64,000 nt of DNA from Flavobacteriales bacterium (GTDB lineage Bacteria; Bacteroidota; Bacteroidia; Flavobacteriales_F; PHOS-HE28). The notes beneath the pieces were generated by a model, which did not search any database, was not told where the DNA came from, and saw nothing but the letters and a program-made list of their open reading frames with translations. The stretch spans positions 64,020 to 128,019 of the forward strand of contig JAEUSY010000026.1 in assembly GCA_016788295.1 (NCBI GenBank), read 5' to 3'. Within the stretch, counting starts at the first letter, position 1. Each line of letters starts with the position of its first letter. The position numbers and the translations under genes are program-made. Shown here one piece after another: positions 38,342 to 47,386 of this stretch.

Positions 38342-40375
38342 TTACTCCTTCGCGAAGCTGCGCTGTACAGGTCCGTCGTTGGTCTGCACCTCCACCACGT
38401 ACATGCCGGGTGCCAGACCGCCTACGGTGATGTGGTTTCCGTTCACCACGGCCTGCTTCACCAGCTTGCCGTTCAGGTCGAACACGCGAACGGGCTGGTT
38501 CACATTGTAGTCGCCGGAAATGAAGAGCAGATCGGCAGTGGGTACAGGGAACAGCACCAGGGGTTCCTTGGTCGCGTTGGTGATGCTGGTGTTGATGTCC
38601 TCCACAACGGTGAGCGTTCCATTAATGGAAGGGTTGTCGATGGTGTTAACGATGCCCGAGGGGAAACGCACGGTCACCTGCAGCACTTCCTCGTCCTGTC
38701 CCAGACCGAAGTGAGCGGCCAGGTAGCTCATGTAGCGGAATCCATCACCGCTGCGGATGTCGCGGATCTGCGTACCCGATGCCGTGGTGATGGTGACGCG
38801 GGCACCGATGGCGTTCTTGTTGCTCACTGTGCCTTGCGGTATGATGCGGATGTAGTTGTTGCCCACACCATTGTTGATCCGCGCCGTACCGCCGGTCTGG
38901 ATGTCCATGTAGCCGTCGTTGTCCAGGTCGCCCACGGCTCCCACATCGAAGCTTACTGGGTTCGGCGTGAAGGTCATGTCGCCGTTGTTCATCATGATGG
39001 TATTGCCACCGCCCATGATGTCCAGGTAGCCATCGTTGTTGAAGTCGTGCGTGATGTGCTCGATGTTGGTGCCTGTGAAGGTATCATAGCCGCTTCCGGC
39101 CGTCACATCAGTGAAGGTGTTGCCATCGTTGCGCATCAGCTTGTGGCCGCCGGCACTGAAGCTGCTGGCGCCCACCATCACGTCCATGTCGCCGTCATTG
39201 TCGAAGTCGCCCCAAGCAGCGCTCCAGGTCTGTGTGAAGTTGGCCAGGTTGTATTGTGCCGCCACCTCGGTGAACGTGCCATCACCATTGTTGCGGTGGA
39301 ACTGATCGGTGCTGGTCACTTGGTTGCCGCCGCGGCACTTGGCGATGAACATGTCCACATCGCCGTCACCGTCAATGTCCGTCCAGATGCTGCCGTAGTT
39401 GCCGCCGTTGGGCGTGTCGCCCAGACCACCTTGGTAGAAGGTGAAGGTTCCGGTGCCGTTGTTGATGAAGTACACGTTCGGTTGCACATCGTGGCAGCTG
39501 AAGGCGTCCAATAGGCCGTCGTTGTTAATGTCCACCATGTTGCTACGCTGGCAGAACACGTACTGGTTGTAGGTGGTGTCGTTGCTGAACCCGTTGCCAT
39601 CGGCATCGGCGAAGAGCAGGGTCACCTTGCTGCCACCCGCGATCAGCAGGTCGTTCCAGCCATTGCCGTCCAGGTCGCCGGCGCACAGGCTCCACGAGGG
39701 CGTGTTCGGGATCTGAGCGGTGGGGTAGGATACCGCAGAGAAGCCACCGCCGTTCTGCTGATAGGCGATAGTAACGCCCGTTGTATAGGCCACGTTGTCG
39801 ATGGTGGTGGTGTTGATACCCACCACATCATCCAGTCCATCATTGTTCATGTCCACCGCAGCACGCAGGGTGCCGGTCACAGGAACGGTCACGTTGGTGA
39901 AGGTGACTGCTTCAGAAAATGGTGGCCCCTCGGTCACAGAGAAGCTGAATCCGCGCGATTCCCAGCGGTTATCCCAAGCGATGTAGACGCTTTGTCCTGC
40001 TTGGAGGTTGAACAGGGCCAGGGAGAGGTAGTCGCTACCTGCATCGTCGTCGCCGTCGTAACAAGTAAGTGATCCACAGCTGCCGGTGTAAACATGCACA
40101 CGTGTGTCCAGACCGGGTGTCACGGCCACGTTCTCGGGCAGGTCACTGGTCACCGTCACGCTCACGTTCGCTGGAGCCGTGTACACGTACCATTCGCCGC
40201 GCGTAGCAGTGTTGCCACCAGTGGCGCATACCGGAAGAGGTACTTGAGGCCCGTCAATGGTGTCGATCACATAGGTGCCGGCCGTAATAGGGATCGCCGT
40301 TGCGCAGTTGTCCTGGGCGAGGGCCGGCAGTGAGCCCATGAGGCCCGCAATGAGCAGGGAGGAGAGTTTATTCAT
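38342..40375 (-). CDS. FG-GAP/VCBS-repeat beta-propeller protein with ASPIC/UnbV domain and T9SS CTD (paralog of 35086-37050)
   Basis: Same architecture as 35086-37050. Signal MNKLSSLLIAGLMGSLPALAQ; FG-GAP repeats; UnbV block RIIPQGTVSNKNAIGARVTITTASGTQIRDIRSGDGFRYMS; T9SS CTD LFPVPTADLLFISG...GPVQRSFAKE. Confidence 0.85.
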   Translation of the reverse strand: MNKLSSLLIAGLMGSLPALAQDNCATAIPITAGTYVIDTIDGPQVPLPVCATGGNTATRGEWYVYTAPANVSVTVTSDLPENVAVTPGLDTRVHVYTGSCGSLTCYDGDDDAGSDYLSLALFNLQAGQSVYIAWDNRWESRGFSFSVTEGPPFSEAVTFTNVTVPVTGTLRAAVDMNNDGLDDVVGINTTTIDNVAYTTGVTIAYQQNGGGFSAVSYPTAQIPNTPSWSLCAGDLDGNGWNDLLIAGGSKVTLLFADADGNGFSNDTTYNQYVFCQRSNMVDINNDGLLDAFSCHDVQPNVYFINNGTGTFTFYQGGLGDTPNGGNYGSIWTDIDGDGDVDMFIAKCRGGNQVTSTDQFHRNNGDGTFTEVAAQYNLANFTQTWSAAWGDFDNDGDMDVMVGASSFSAGGHKLMRNDGNTFTDVTAGSGYDTFTGTNIEHITHDFNNDGYLDIMGGGNTIMMNNGDMTFTPNPVSFDVGAVGDLDNDGYMDIQTGGTARINNGVGNNYIRIIPQGTVSNKNAIGARVTITTASGTQIRDIRSGDGFRYMSYLAAHFGLGQDEEVLQVTVRFPSGIVNTIDNPSINGTLTVVEDINTSITNATKEPLVLFPVPTADLLFISGDYNVNQPVRVFDLNGKLVKQAVVNGNHITVGGLAPGMYVVEVQTNDGPVQRSFAKE

Positions 40376-40383
40376 CGGTCGTT

Positions 40384-41478
40384 TCAGTTGCAGGTTTGGT
40401 TCAGGGACTGGATGTATTGTGAGATGAGTGCCACGCCTTCCGTGTGGATCATCGAACGCCCGATCAAAGGCATACGCACGGCCTCATCATTCGTGTTCAT
40501 GCGGTAGTGCACCATGCTGCGTGCCACGTTGCCCGGCGCGATGTTATAGGTCATGCTTGGCTCAACGGGTTCCTCAGGCTCCATGCAAATGCCTTGGTTG
40601 GCAGCCGCACCATTGGCATTGTATTCGAACCTTACCGCACGATAGCTGCATTGCCGTTCGGGCGCATGGCAGTGCGCACAGTTGGCATCCAAGTAGCTGC
40701 GTGCGCGCAAGGCCAATGGCTCCGTGGGGTCATCCCAAGCCACGGTGGTCATGATGTTCTTGGGGTAGCCCGGTTCCAGGAAGCCGTGCTCCACCCATTT
40801 CTTCAACTGGTTGCGCACCCCGTCCCGGTAGGCCAGGTCGGCGTTCAGGTTCTGCGGCTTGGGGCCAATGGGCACCGGAGTGTTGCCGATCTTGTGGCAC
40901 ATCTGGCACTCGCCTGCGCTGGGGATCCGGTAGCTGATGCTGCGGGTAGTGCCGTTCTCATCGGTCCAGGTCACCGGGGTGGTGCTGCCGTTCATGTCCA
41001 GAAAAGCCTCGGTCTGTTCGGCGTTCCACACGTAGTCGGCGAACTCCCACTGACCGTTCCGCTTGAAGAGGATACGCGTTTCGATGATGCGCCGGGTGTT
41101 GCCGGGTTGCACGCCATCATAGTAGAAGTTCTTGATCAGCACGCTGTTCTCGGGGAACTGCAGCACGTTGCCATCACCATTGTAGGTGGCCTTGGCTCCC
41201 GGGGGCATCCAGACAAAGCGTGCTTTCTCGGCGTAGTCCGTGAACAAGGCGCTGATCGGCTCGTATGGCAGAACCTCTGCCACTGGGCGTTGTGCTGCCA
41301 GGGGAAGTTTGAAGAAGCGATAAGCGCTCAGGGTCGGATAGGGCACCTGTGATGGGTCGAACACGACCTTTTCGCTGCTGTCGCCAAGACCCAGCGGGGC
41401 CACCTCGGTCTTGGGATCCTTTGTGCAGGAAAGCAGGACGGCAAGGGTAAACGTAAGGAAGAAGACGGTCTTTTTCAC
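40384..41478 (-). CDS. diheme c-type cytochrome lipoprotein (paralog of 37080-38189)
   Basis: GTG start 41478 gives MKKTVFFLTFTLAVLLSC (lipoprotein signal). CxxCH motifs GECQMCHK and NCAHCHAP. Highly similar to 37080-38189 throughout. 8-nt gap to the downstream UnbV paralog. Confidence 0.7.
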   Translation of the reverse strand: MKKTVFFLTFTLAVLLSCTKDPKTEVAPLGLGDSSEKVVFDPSQVPYPTLSAYRFFKLPLAAQRPVAEVLPYEPISALFTDYAEKARFVWMPPGAKATYNGDGNVLQFPENSVLIKNFYYDGVQPGNTRRIIETRILFKRNGQWEFADYVWNAEQTEAFLDMNGSTTPVTWTDENGTTRSISYRIPSAGECQMCHKIGNTPVPIGPKPQNLNADLAYRDGVRNQLKKWVEHGFLEPGYPKNIMTTVAWDDPTEPLALRARSYLDANCAHCHAPERQCSYRAVRFEYNANGAAANQGICMEPEEPVEPSMTYNIAPGNVARSMVHYRMNTNDEAVRMPLIGRSMIHTEGVALISQYIQSLNQTCN

Positions 41479-41718
41479 GAGTGAGCAAATGCAGGTTGAC
41501 AGCAAGGTATGCAGCGGGCGCATCGGAACGGCGGAATGTTGGTCCTTGTTCGACGGATGCTTGGAACGCTGACATGAGCAGCTCGCATTGGCCGATGGGC
41601 TTATCGGCGTACGCAACGTTGCTACCACTGTTCGCGCAAGGTGATCAGGGTGCGGGTAAGATGCAGCAGAAGCGAACGTTCCATCACTTGGTCGTGAGTA
41701 ATTAACCAAAAGGTATAA

Positions 41719-41726
41719 TAAGTTTG
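41719..41726 (+). promoter_or_regulatory. Candidate Bacteroidota sigma-A -7 element (TAnnTTTG) for the arsR-led operon
   Basis: TAAGTTTG lies ~50 nt upstream of the arsR start, in an AT-richer stretch (ggtataataagtttg). Confidence 0.25.
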
Positions 41727-41775
41727 CCCGACGGTTGCATATCCGATCGCCGGAGTGCAGCGCCTACAACAACCC

Positions 41776-42126
41776 ATGTCGCCCGCCATTGCACCGGACC
41801 GATTGAGCCTCACGTTCCACGCGTTGAGCGACCCCACCCGACGGGCGATCCTCTCGCGTTTGGCCGATGGGCCGGCATCGGTAAATGAACTGGCAGCGCC
41901 GTTCAGCATGAGCCTGCCTGCGGTCAGCAAGCACCTGAAAGTGTTGGAGCGTGCGCAGTTGATCTCGCGCGGGAAAGAGGCGCAATGGCGGCCGTGCAAA
42001 TTGGAGGCGGCCCCACTGGGCGAGGCCGATGCCTGGATCGAACAATACCGCACCATGTGGGAGGCCCGTTTCGATCGGTTGGATCAATACCTGCAGGAGT
42101 TGCAGGGCAAAAAGGACAAGAAGTGA
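41776..42126 (+). CDS. ArsR/SmtB-family metalloregulator-type transcriptional repressor
   Basis: LTFHALSDPTRRAILSRLADGPASVNELAAPFSMSLPAVSKHLKVLERAQLISR is a canonical ArsR wHTH. Confidence 0.85.
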   Translation: MSPAIAPDRLSLTFHALSDPTRRAILSRLADGPASVNELAAPFSMSLPAVSKHLKVLERAQLISRGKEAQWRPCKLEAAPLGEADAWIEQYRTMWEARFDRLDQYLQELQGKKDKK

Positions 42127-42539
42127 TGCGCATGGAGCAGGTCTTGGTCGATATGCCGCAGGTTGTGCTGCAAGGTCATGGCATGAAGCCATTGCTGCGT
42201 GGGGCACTCGTGTTCACGCGCACCTTTCGGGCCTCGCCAGAGCGCATCATGCAGCACTGGTCAGAGCCGGAGCTCAGGGCAGAGTGGTTGCCACATTCGC
42301 CAAGAGCGAGCATCACCTTGGTCGCTCAGGTCTTTCCCACCTCGCTTCGTGCTCATGTCACGGACGGTGTTCACTCGGCACAGCTTGAACTTCTGCTTGG
42401 CCCGGAGCATGACCTTACTTCATTGAAGTTGATCATCGTGCCACACGAACCACTAACCCGCGATATGCTGATCTCAGCTGGATACGCTGACCGTTGGGAG
42501 GAACTGCTCTACAGGCTCGCTGATGTACTGACCACCTGA
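42126..42539 (+). CDS. SRPBCC-superfamily protein (divergent; activator of Hsp90 ATPase-like)
   Basis: 137-aa protein whose start overlaps the arsR stop by 1 nt. Weak SRPBCC-like pattern; positionally the first of a series of SRPBCC genes. Confidence 0.4.
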   Translation: MRMEQVLVDMPQVVLQGHGMKPLLRGALVFTRTFRASPERIMQHWSEPELRAEWLPHSPRASITLVAQVFPTSLRAHVTDGVHSAQLELLLGPEHDLTSLKLIIVPHEPLTRDMLISAGYADRWEELLYRLADVLTT

Positions 42540-42542
42540 ACC

Positions 42543-43007
42543 ATGGAAAGCAAAGCGCAACTTCACGGCGACCGCGAGATCATCATAACGCGCCAAGTGC
42601 GAGCGCCGCAAGCGATGGTATGGGAGGCTTGCACCAAGCCGGAGCACATCGACCGCTGGTGGGGGCCTGACGGCTTCACCAACCGGACCCTGCGCATGGA
42701 CTTCCGCGTGGGAGGCCAGTGGGAATACACCATGACCGGTCCCGACGGCACGGTATGGCTCAACCTGATCACCTACCGCGAGATCGAGCCGATCACACGC
42801 ATGGCCTATGACCATGGCGACCCGGCCAACCCCAAGTGGTTCGAGGGCGAGCTGCGCTTCGAAGCACAGTATGGCGGAACGCTGGTAACGCTACGCACCG
42901 TGTTCCCCAGCAAGGAAATGCGCGACCAAGCCGTGGAACAGGTGGGAGCGATAGCAGGTGGGAAGCAGACGCTGGCGCATTTGGCAGCATACACCGAGAA
43001 CCGTTGA
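42543..43007 (+). CDS. SRPBCC-family protein (AHSA1/Aha1 domain)
   Basis: ITRQVRAPQAMVWEACTKPEHIDRWWGP...GGQWEYTMTGPDGT is the Aha1-like SRPBCC signature. Confidence 0.75.
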   Translation: MESKAQLHGDREIIITRQVRAPQAMVWEACTKPEHIDRWWGPDGFTNRTLRMDFRVGGQWEYTMTGPDGTVWLNLITYREIEPITRMAYDHGDPANPKWFEGELRFEAQYGGTLVTLRTVFPSKEMRDQAVEQVGAIAGGKQTLAHLAAYTENR

Positions 43008-43019
43008 CATGAAAGAACA

Positions 43020-43523
43020 ATGAACCGACCAGAAGGCTTCAATTTTAGCGTTTCCAAGGAGGGTCGAACGATCAACGTGGAACGCTTTTTCAATGCACCA
43101 CGTGCTGCTGTATGGGCCGCCTGGACGGAAGCGGAGATACTCTGTCAATGGTGGGCACCCAAACCCTACGAATGCGTCATCACTGGCCTTGATCTCCGCG
43201 CGGGCGGTCGATGGAGTTATTACATGAAAGGCCCTGAAGGTGACCGCCACTACTGCTTCTTCGATTACACCGAGGTACGGCCCGAACACCAATACGCAGG
43301 AAAGGATGGATCCTGCGATGAGGCGGGCAACATCAACCTCGACATGCCACGCTCCAGATGGGAGAACAGGTTCAATGATCATGATGGCGGAACGATGGTG
43401 AGCATCGTGATCCGTTTCGACACTGCCGAGGACGTGGAGAACATCGTCCAAATGGGCTTCAAGGAAGGATTCACCATGGGGCTGGAGCAGCTGGACGAGT
43501 TGCTGGCTGCATCATCGCGCTGA
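43020..43523 (+). CDS. SRPBCC-family protein (AHSA1 domain)
   Basis: ERFFNAPRAAVWAAWTEAEILCQWWAPKP...GGRWSYYMKGPEGD. Confidence 0.75.
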   Translation: MNRPEGFNFSVSKEGRTINVERFFNAPRAAVWAAWTEAEILCQWWAPKPYECVITGLDLRAGGRWSYYMKGPEGDRHYCFFDYTEVRPEHQYAGKDGSCDEAGNINLDMPRSRWENRFNDHDGGTMVSIVIRFDTAEDVENIVQMGFKEGFTMGLEQLDELLAASSR

Positions 43524-43547
43524 CGGACCACACCAATACATTGCCTA

Positions 43548-43970
43548 ATGTCGACGAAGACGCGCATCACCATCACCACGGTCGTTCATCGCCCCGTGGC
43601 CCACGTCTGGAACACTTGGACCGAGCCCGCTCACATCACCCAGTGGAACGCGGCCAACGACGACTGGCATTGCCCCAAGGCCGAGAACGACCTGCGCAAA
43701 GGAAGTTCGTTCAGCTCCACAATGGCCGCCAAGGACGGGAGCTTCAGCTTCGACTTCGCAGGGGTGTACGACGATGTCCAGCTGCACAAGCGGATCGCGT
43801 ACACCATGGCCGATGGCCGCACCTGTGAGATCCGCTTCGAGGAAGTGGCCGGCGGCACGGAAGTGACCGAGTCCTTCGATGCCGAGAACCAGAACCCGGT
43901 GGACATGCAACGCGCCGGCTGGCAGGCCATTTTGGACCGCTTCAAGGCATACGCGGAGGCACAGGACTGA
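43548..43970 (+). CDS. SRPBCC-family protein (AHSA1 domain)
   Basis: TTVVHRPVAHVWNTWTEPAHITQWNAA... Confidence 0.7.
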   Translation: MSTKTRITITTVVHRPVAHVWNTWTEPAHITQWNAANDDWHCPKAENDLRKGSSFSSTMAAKDGSFSFDFAGVYDDVQLHKRIAYTMADGRTCEIRFEEVAGGTEVTESFDAENQNPVDMQRAGWQAILDRFKAYAEAQD

Positions 43971-43973
43971 ACC

Positions 43974-44360
43974 ATGGAGTGCTTCGACCCCGCCACCACT
44001 GCGCTCCTGGATGCACACAAGCACCCGCTGCGCAAGGAGCTCGACCTGTTGCGCAGCCTGATCCTCGGTGCCGATCCCAGGGTCGAGGAAGGGGTGAAGT
44101 GGAACACGGCCAGTTACAGGACCACGGAGTGGTTCGCCACGCTCAACGGGCCGAAGCACGTGAAAGCGCCCATGGTCATCCTGCACGCCGGGGCCAAGGC
44201 CAAGGGGATCGTGCTGAAGGACCGCATCACCGATCCCGAAGGGCTGTTGAACTGGATGGGCAACGACCGCGCGCAGATCGTTCTCAAGGACTTGGAGGAC
44301 ATTGCGTCGAAGCGAACCGTGCTACGGTCCATCCTTCGTTCATGGATCGCACTTCTTTGA
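43974..44360 (+). CDS. DUF1801 (YdhG-like) domain protein
   Basis: LRSLILGADPRVEEGVKWNTASYRTTEWFATLNGPKHVKAPMVILH fits the YdhG/DUF1801 pattern. Confidence 0.6.
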   Translation: MECFDPATTALLDAHKHPLRKELDLLRSLILGADPRVEEGVKWNTASYRTTEWFATLNGPKHVKAPMVILHAGAKAKGIVLKDRITDPEGLLNWMGNDRAQIVLKDLEDIASKRTVLRSILRSWIALL

Positions 44361-44389
44361 TATCGAACCATCCCATCATCGGATATACC

Positions 44390-44851
44390 ATGATCACCAC
44401 CCCCGAGGTCATCACCACCAGCGAACAGGCCACTGCCAGCATCCACTTGACGATACCCGCCAGGGAGATGGGGCGCTACATGGACCCTGCGATCCAGGAG
44501 ATCATCACGTTGATCACCGAACAAGGCATCCACATCACCGGTCCGATGTTCAGCTATCACCATCGTAGACCGAGCGACACCTTCGACTTTGAGATCGGTT
44601 TCCCGATATCGAGCGCAGTACTGGAGCAAGGACGCGTGAAGAACAGCAGCCTACCAGCGGCGAAGGTGGTACGTGCGGTGTACCATGGGCCCTACGAGCA
44701 CCTGGGTGAAGCCTGGGGAGCGTTGCAGAGCTGGGTGCGCGAACAGCAAATGCCGGAGCACGGGCGCTTCTACGAGCGATACTTGAACAACCCGGACGAA
44801 GTGAAGGACCCGAAGCACTATCGCACAGAGCTCAACTGGGTGGTGGGTTGA
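44390..44851 (+). CDS. GyrI-like small-molecule-binding domain protein (AraC effector-binding fold)
   Basis: PAAKVVRAVYHGPYEHLGEAWGALQSWVREQQMPEHGRFYERYLNNPDEVKDPKHYRTEL is the typical GyrI-like C-terminus. Confidence 0.65.
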   Translation: MITTPEVITTSEQATASIHLTIPAREMGRYMDPAIQEIITLITEQGIHITGPMFSYHHRRPSDTFDFEIGFPISSAVLEQGRVKNSSLPAAKVVRAVYHGPYEHLGEAWGALQSWVREQQMPEHGRFYERYLNNPDEVKDPKHYRTELNWVVG

Positions 44852-44881
44852 AGAGGAAGGATCCCATCCAACGTTAGGACC

Positions 44882-45466
44882 ATGAGCACTCCACCGAACG
44901 ACCGGCCCATCATGAGCTTCGACTCCGCGCAGGCCTTCGATGCCTGGCTGGAGACGAACGGGTCCGTATCCCCCGGCATCTACATCAGCATCGCCAAGAA
45001 GGGCAGTGGCATTCCGTCGGTGAGCTATGCCGAAGCGGTGGAGATCGCACTCTGCCACGGTTGGATCGATGGGGTGAGACGCAGCCACGACGACAAGACC
45101 TTTCTTCAGCGCTTCACACCCCGAGGCCCACGCAGCGTTTGGAGCGCGATTAACAAGAAGAAGGTGCAGGAGCTGATGAAGGCCAAGCTCGTGCGTCCGG
45201 CCGGTCTGGCCACGGTGAGGACCGCCAAGGCGAACGGCCAGTGGGACAAGGCCTATGCACCGGCCAGCACGATCCAAGTGCCTCCTGACCTGGCCGCCGC
45301 GCTGAAGAAGAACAAGAAGGCCAAGGCGTTCTTCGAGACCTTGAAGAGCAGCAGCCGGTTCGCTTTCCTGCATCGCCTGCACGCGGCCAAGAAGGAGGAG
45401 ACACGTGCCGAACGCCTAGCGTTGTTCATCGGCATGATGGAGCGTGGCGAGGCTTATCACCAATAG
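44882..45466 (+). CDS. YdeI/OmpD-associated family protein (DUF1905/bacteriocin-protection)
   Basis: FDAWLETNGSVSPGIYISIAKKGSGIPSVSYAEAVEIALCHGWIDGVRRS...SSSRFAFLHRLHAAKKEETRAERL. Confidence 0.7.
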   Translation: MSTPPNDRPIMSFDSAQAFDAWLETNGSVSPGIYISIAKKGSGIPSVSYAEAVEIALCHGWIDGVRRSHDDKTFLQRFTPRGPRSVWSAINKKKVQELMKAKLVRPAGLATVRTAKANGQWDKAYAPASTIQVPPDLAAALKKNKKAKAFFETLKSSSRFAFLHRLHAAKKEETRAERLALFIGMMERGEAYHQ

Positions 45467-45493
45467 ACCCGTTCACCCAAAACCACCAACGCA

Positions 45494-46078
45494 ATGCTCA
45501 AGAAGATCCTCCTCGCCATCGCCATCATCATTGCTGGCATCATCATCGTTTCGCGTTTCCAGCCGGACAACTACACGGTGGAACGCAGCGCCACCATCGA
45601 TGCGCCGCCCGAAGTGGTGTTCGCGCATATGAACGACTTCCGCGAGTGGCAACAGTTCAACGCTTGGGGCGATACGGATCCGAACGCCGTGTACACCTAT
45701 AGCGACGTGTCCAGCGGGGTTGGCGCCAACTTCCACTGGAAGGGCAACAGCGACATGGGCGAAGGGCGCATGACCATCTTGGAAAGCCGCCCGAACGAGT
45801 ACGTCAAGGTGGATCTGGAGTTCATCGAACCCTTCGCTGGCAAGGCGATCACCGAATACGTGATGGTGCCGGAAGGCTCGGGCACCAAACTCACCCAGCG
45901 CATGCACAGCGACCACAACTTCTTCAGCAAGATCATGTGCATGTTCATGGACATGGACAAGATGATCGGCGAGAAATACGAGGAAGGTTTCCGCCGGATG
46001 AACAACGTGCTGCCTGCGCTTACACCCGCTCCGGAACCTGCGGCCGCAGCTCCGGCGGATAGCACCAGCACCATCTGA
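45494..46078 (+). CDS. SRPBCC-family membrane-anchored protein (polyketide cyclase/dehydrase-like)
   Basis: N-terminal TM helix, then SATIDAPPEVVFAHMNDFREWQQFNAW...MTILESRPNEYVKVDLEF. Confidence 0.65.
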   Translation: MLKKILLAIAIIIAGIIIVSRFQPDNYTVERSATIDAPPEVVFAHMNDFREWQQFNAWGDTDPNAVYTYSDVSSGVGANFHWKGNSDMGEGRMTILESRPNEYVKVDLEFIEPFAGKAITEYVMVPEGSGTKLTQRMHSDHNFFSKIMCMFMDMDKMIGEKYEEGFRRMNNVLPALTPAPEPAAAAPADSTSTI

Positions 46079-46091
46079 AGCGATCGACGGA

Positions 46092-46505
46092 ATGTCCATG
46101 CAGCACCCCCATTCCACCACTGACGCGCTTATCCTCGGTCCCGGCCAGGGCCGCACTTACAACTGCGGCACCATGACCGCCGTATTCAAGGCCGATGAGA
46201 ACGAGACCGATGCGCGCTACAGCATTTCGGAGTGGTACCTGGAGCCGAGCTCGGGCGGTCCGGGTGCGCACGTGCATGAAGACAACGATGAGGTGTTCTA
46301 CGTGATCGAAGGCACTGTTTCCTTCCTTGTTGGCGATCGCTGGGTGGACGCCGAGCGCGGCACTTTCCTGCGCATACCCGCCAACACCCTGCACGACTTC
46401 GCCAACCGCACGGACCATAAAGCGGCGGCGCTTAACTTCTTCATTCCTGGTGGCTTCGAGCGCAACATGCCGGGCATTGTGAAGTGGTTCGCGGACAACA
46501 AGTGA
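46092..46505 (+). CDS. cupin-domain protein
   Basis: GAHVHEDNDEVFYVIEGTVSFLVGDRWVDAERGTFLRIPANTLHDF shows cupin motifs 1 and 2. Confidence 0.7.
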   Translation: MSMQHPHSTTDALILGPGQGRTYNCGTMTAVFKADENETDARYSISEWYLEPSSGGPGAHVHEDNDEVFYVIEGTVSFLVGDRWVDAERGTFLRIPANTLHDFANRTDHKAAALNFFIPGGFERNMPGIVKWFADNK

Positions 46506-46519
46506 CAACGCTCCTTCGC

Positions 46520-46915
46520 ATGGCCGTACGACCTTCCCGACCGACCAACGCAGCCGAGTACCTCGCCGCGCTTCCACAAGACCAGCGGAATGCCTTGCAA
46601 ACGCTGCGCAAGCAGATCCTCGCCGCCGGGCCCGAACTGGAAGAGCATTTCGGTTACGGTATGCCCGCGTTCAAGCACAATGGCCATCCGGTCGTATACA
46701 TCGGCGCGGCCAAGGCACATTGCGCGCTGTATGGCTCGGTGCCGAGCGGCTTCGCGGAGCAGCTGAAGGGCTACAAGACCAGCAAGGGCACCATCCGGTT
46801 CACGCCTGATAGGCCACTGCCGCTGGAAGCGGTGAAAGCCATCGTGCGGGAGAAGTGCGCGGAGATAGAAGTGCGGTGGGGGACGAAGAAGATGAGATCG
46901 AAAGTTGGGAAATGA
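46520..46915 (+). CDS. DUF1801 (YdhG-like) domain protein
   Basis: EYLAALPQDQRNALQTLRKQILAAGPELEEHFGYGMPAFKHNGHPVVYIGAAKAHCALY. Confidence 0.65.
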   Translation: MAVRPSRPTNAAEYLAALPQDQRNALQTLRKQILAAGPELEEHFGYGMPAFKHNGHPVVYIGAAKAHCALYGSVPSGFAEQLKGYKTSKGTIRFTPDRPLPLEAVKAIVREKCAEIEVRWGTKKMRSKVGK

Positions 46916-46976
46916 ACTTATGCGACTCCGGGTCATCCTTCGACTCTGCTCAGGACAAGCCCCGGATTGACAAACC

Positions 46977-47357
46977 ATGAAGCGACTCAACACTACCTAC
47001 TGGATCATCACCGCGCTCTTCAGCGCCTTCATGATCTTCAGCAGTTACGGCGGTATCACGCTGATGCCAGAGGCTGTGGCCATGCTGCACGAGCATCTGG
47101 GTTATCCGCTCTACTTCATCCGGCTGATCTCCTTCGCCAAGGTGCTGGGTGCCATTGCCATTCTGCTGCCCATGGTGCCGGCGCGGGTGAAGGAGTGGGC
47201 CTACTTCGGCTTCTTCATCGATCTGCTGGCGGCGATCGTTTCATTCGCAGCCGTTGGCGATCCGGTAGCGCAATGGGCGCCGATGTTCCTGTTCGTCGGG
47301 GTGCTTGTATGGGCCTACGTGCTGCATCATAAGCGGCTTGTGGCCATGGCGGAGTAG
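46977..47357 (+). CDS. DoxX-family membrane protein
   Basis: Four TM helices; YWIITALFSAFMIFSSYGGI...FAKVLGAIAILLP is DoxX-like. Confidence 0.7.
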   Translation: MKRLNTTYWIITALFSAFMIFSSYGGITLMPEAVAMLHEHLGYPLYFIRLISFAKVLGAIAILLPMVPARVKEWAYFGFFIDLLAAIVSFAAVGDPVAQWAPMFLFVGVLVWAYVLHHKRLVAMAE

Positions 47358-47386
47358 AATGCGTTGTTAGCCTCTACTTTCGAGTT

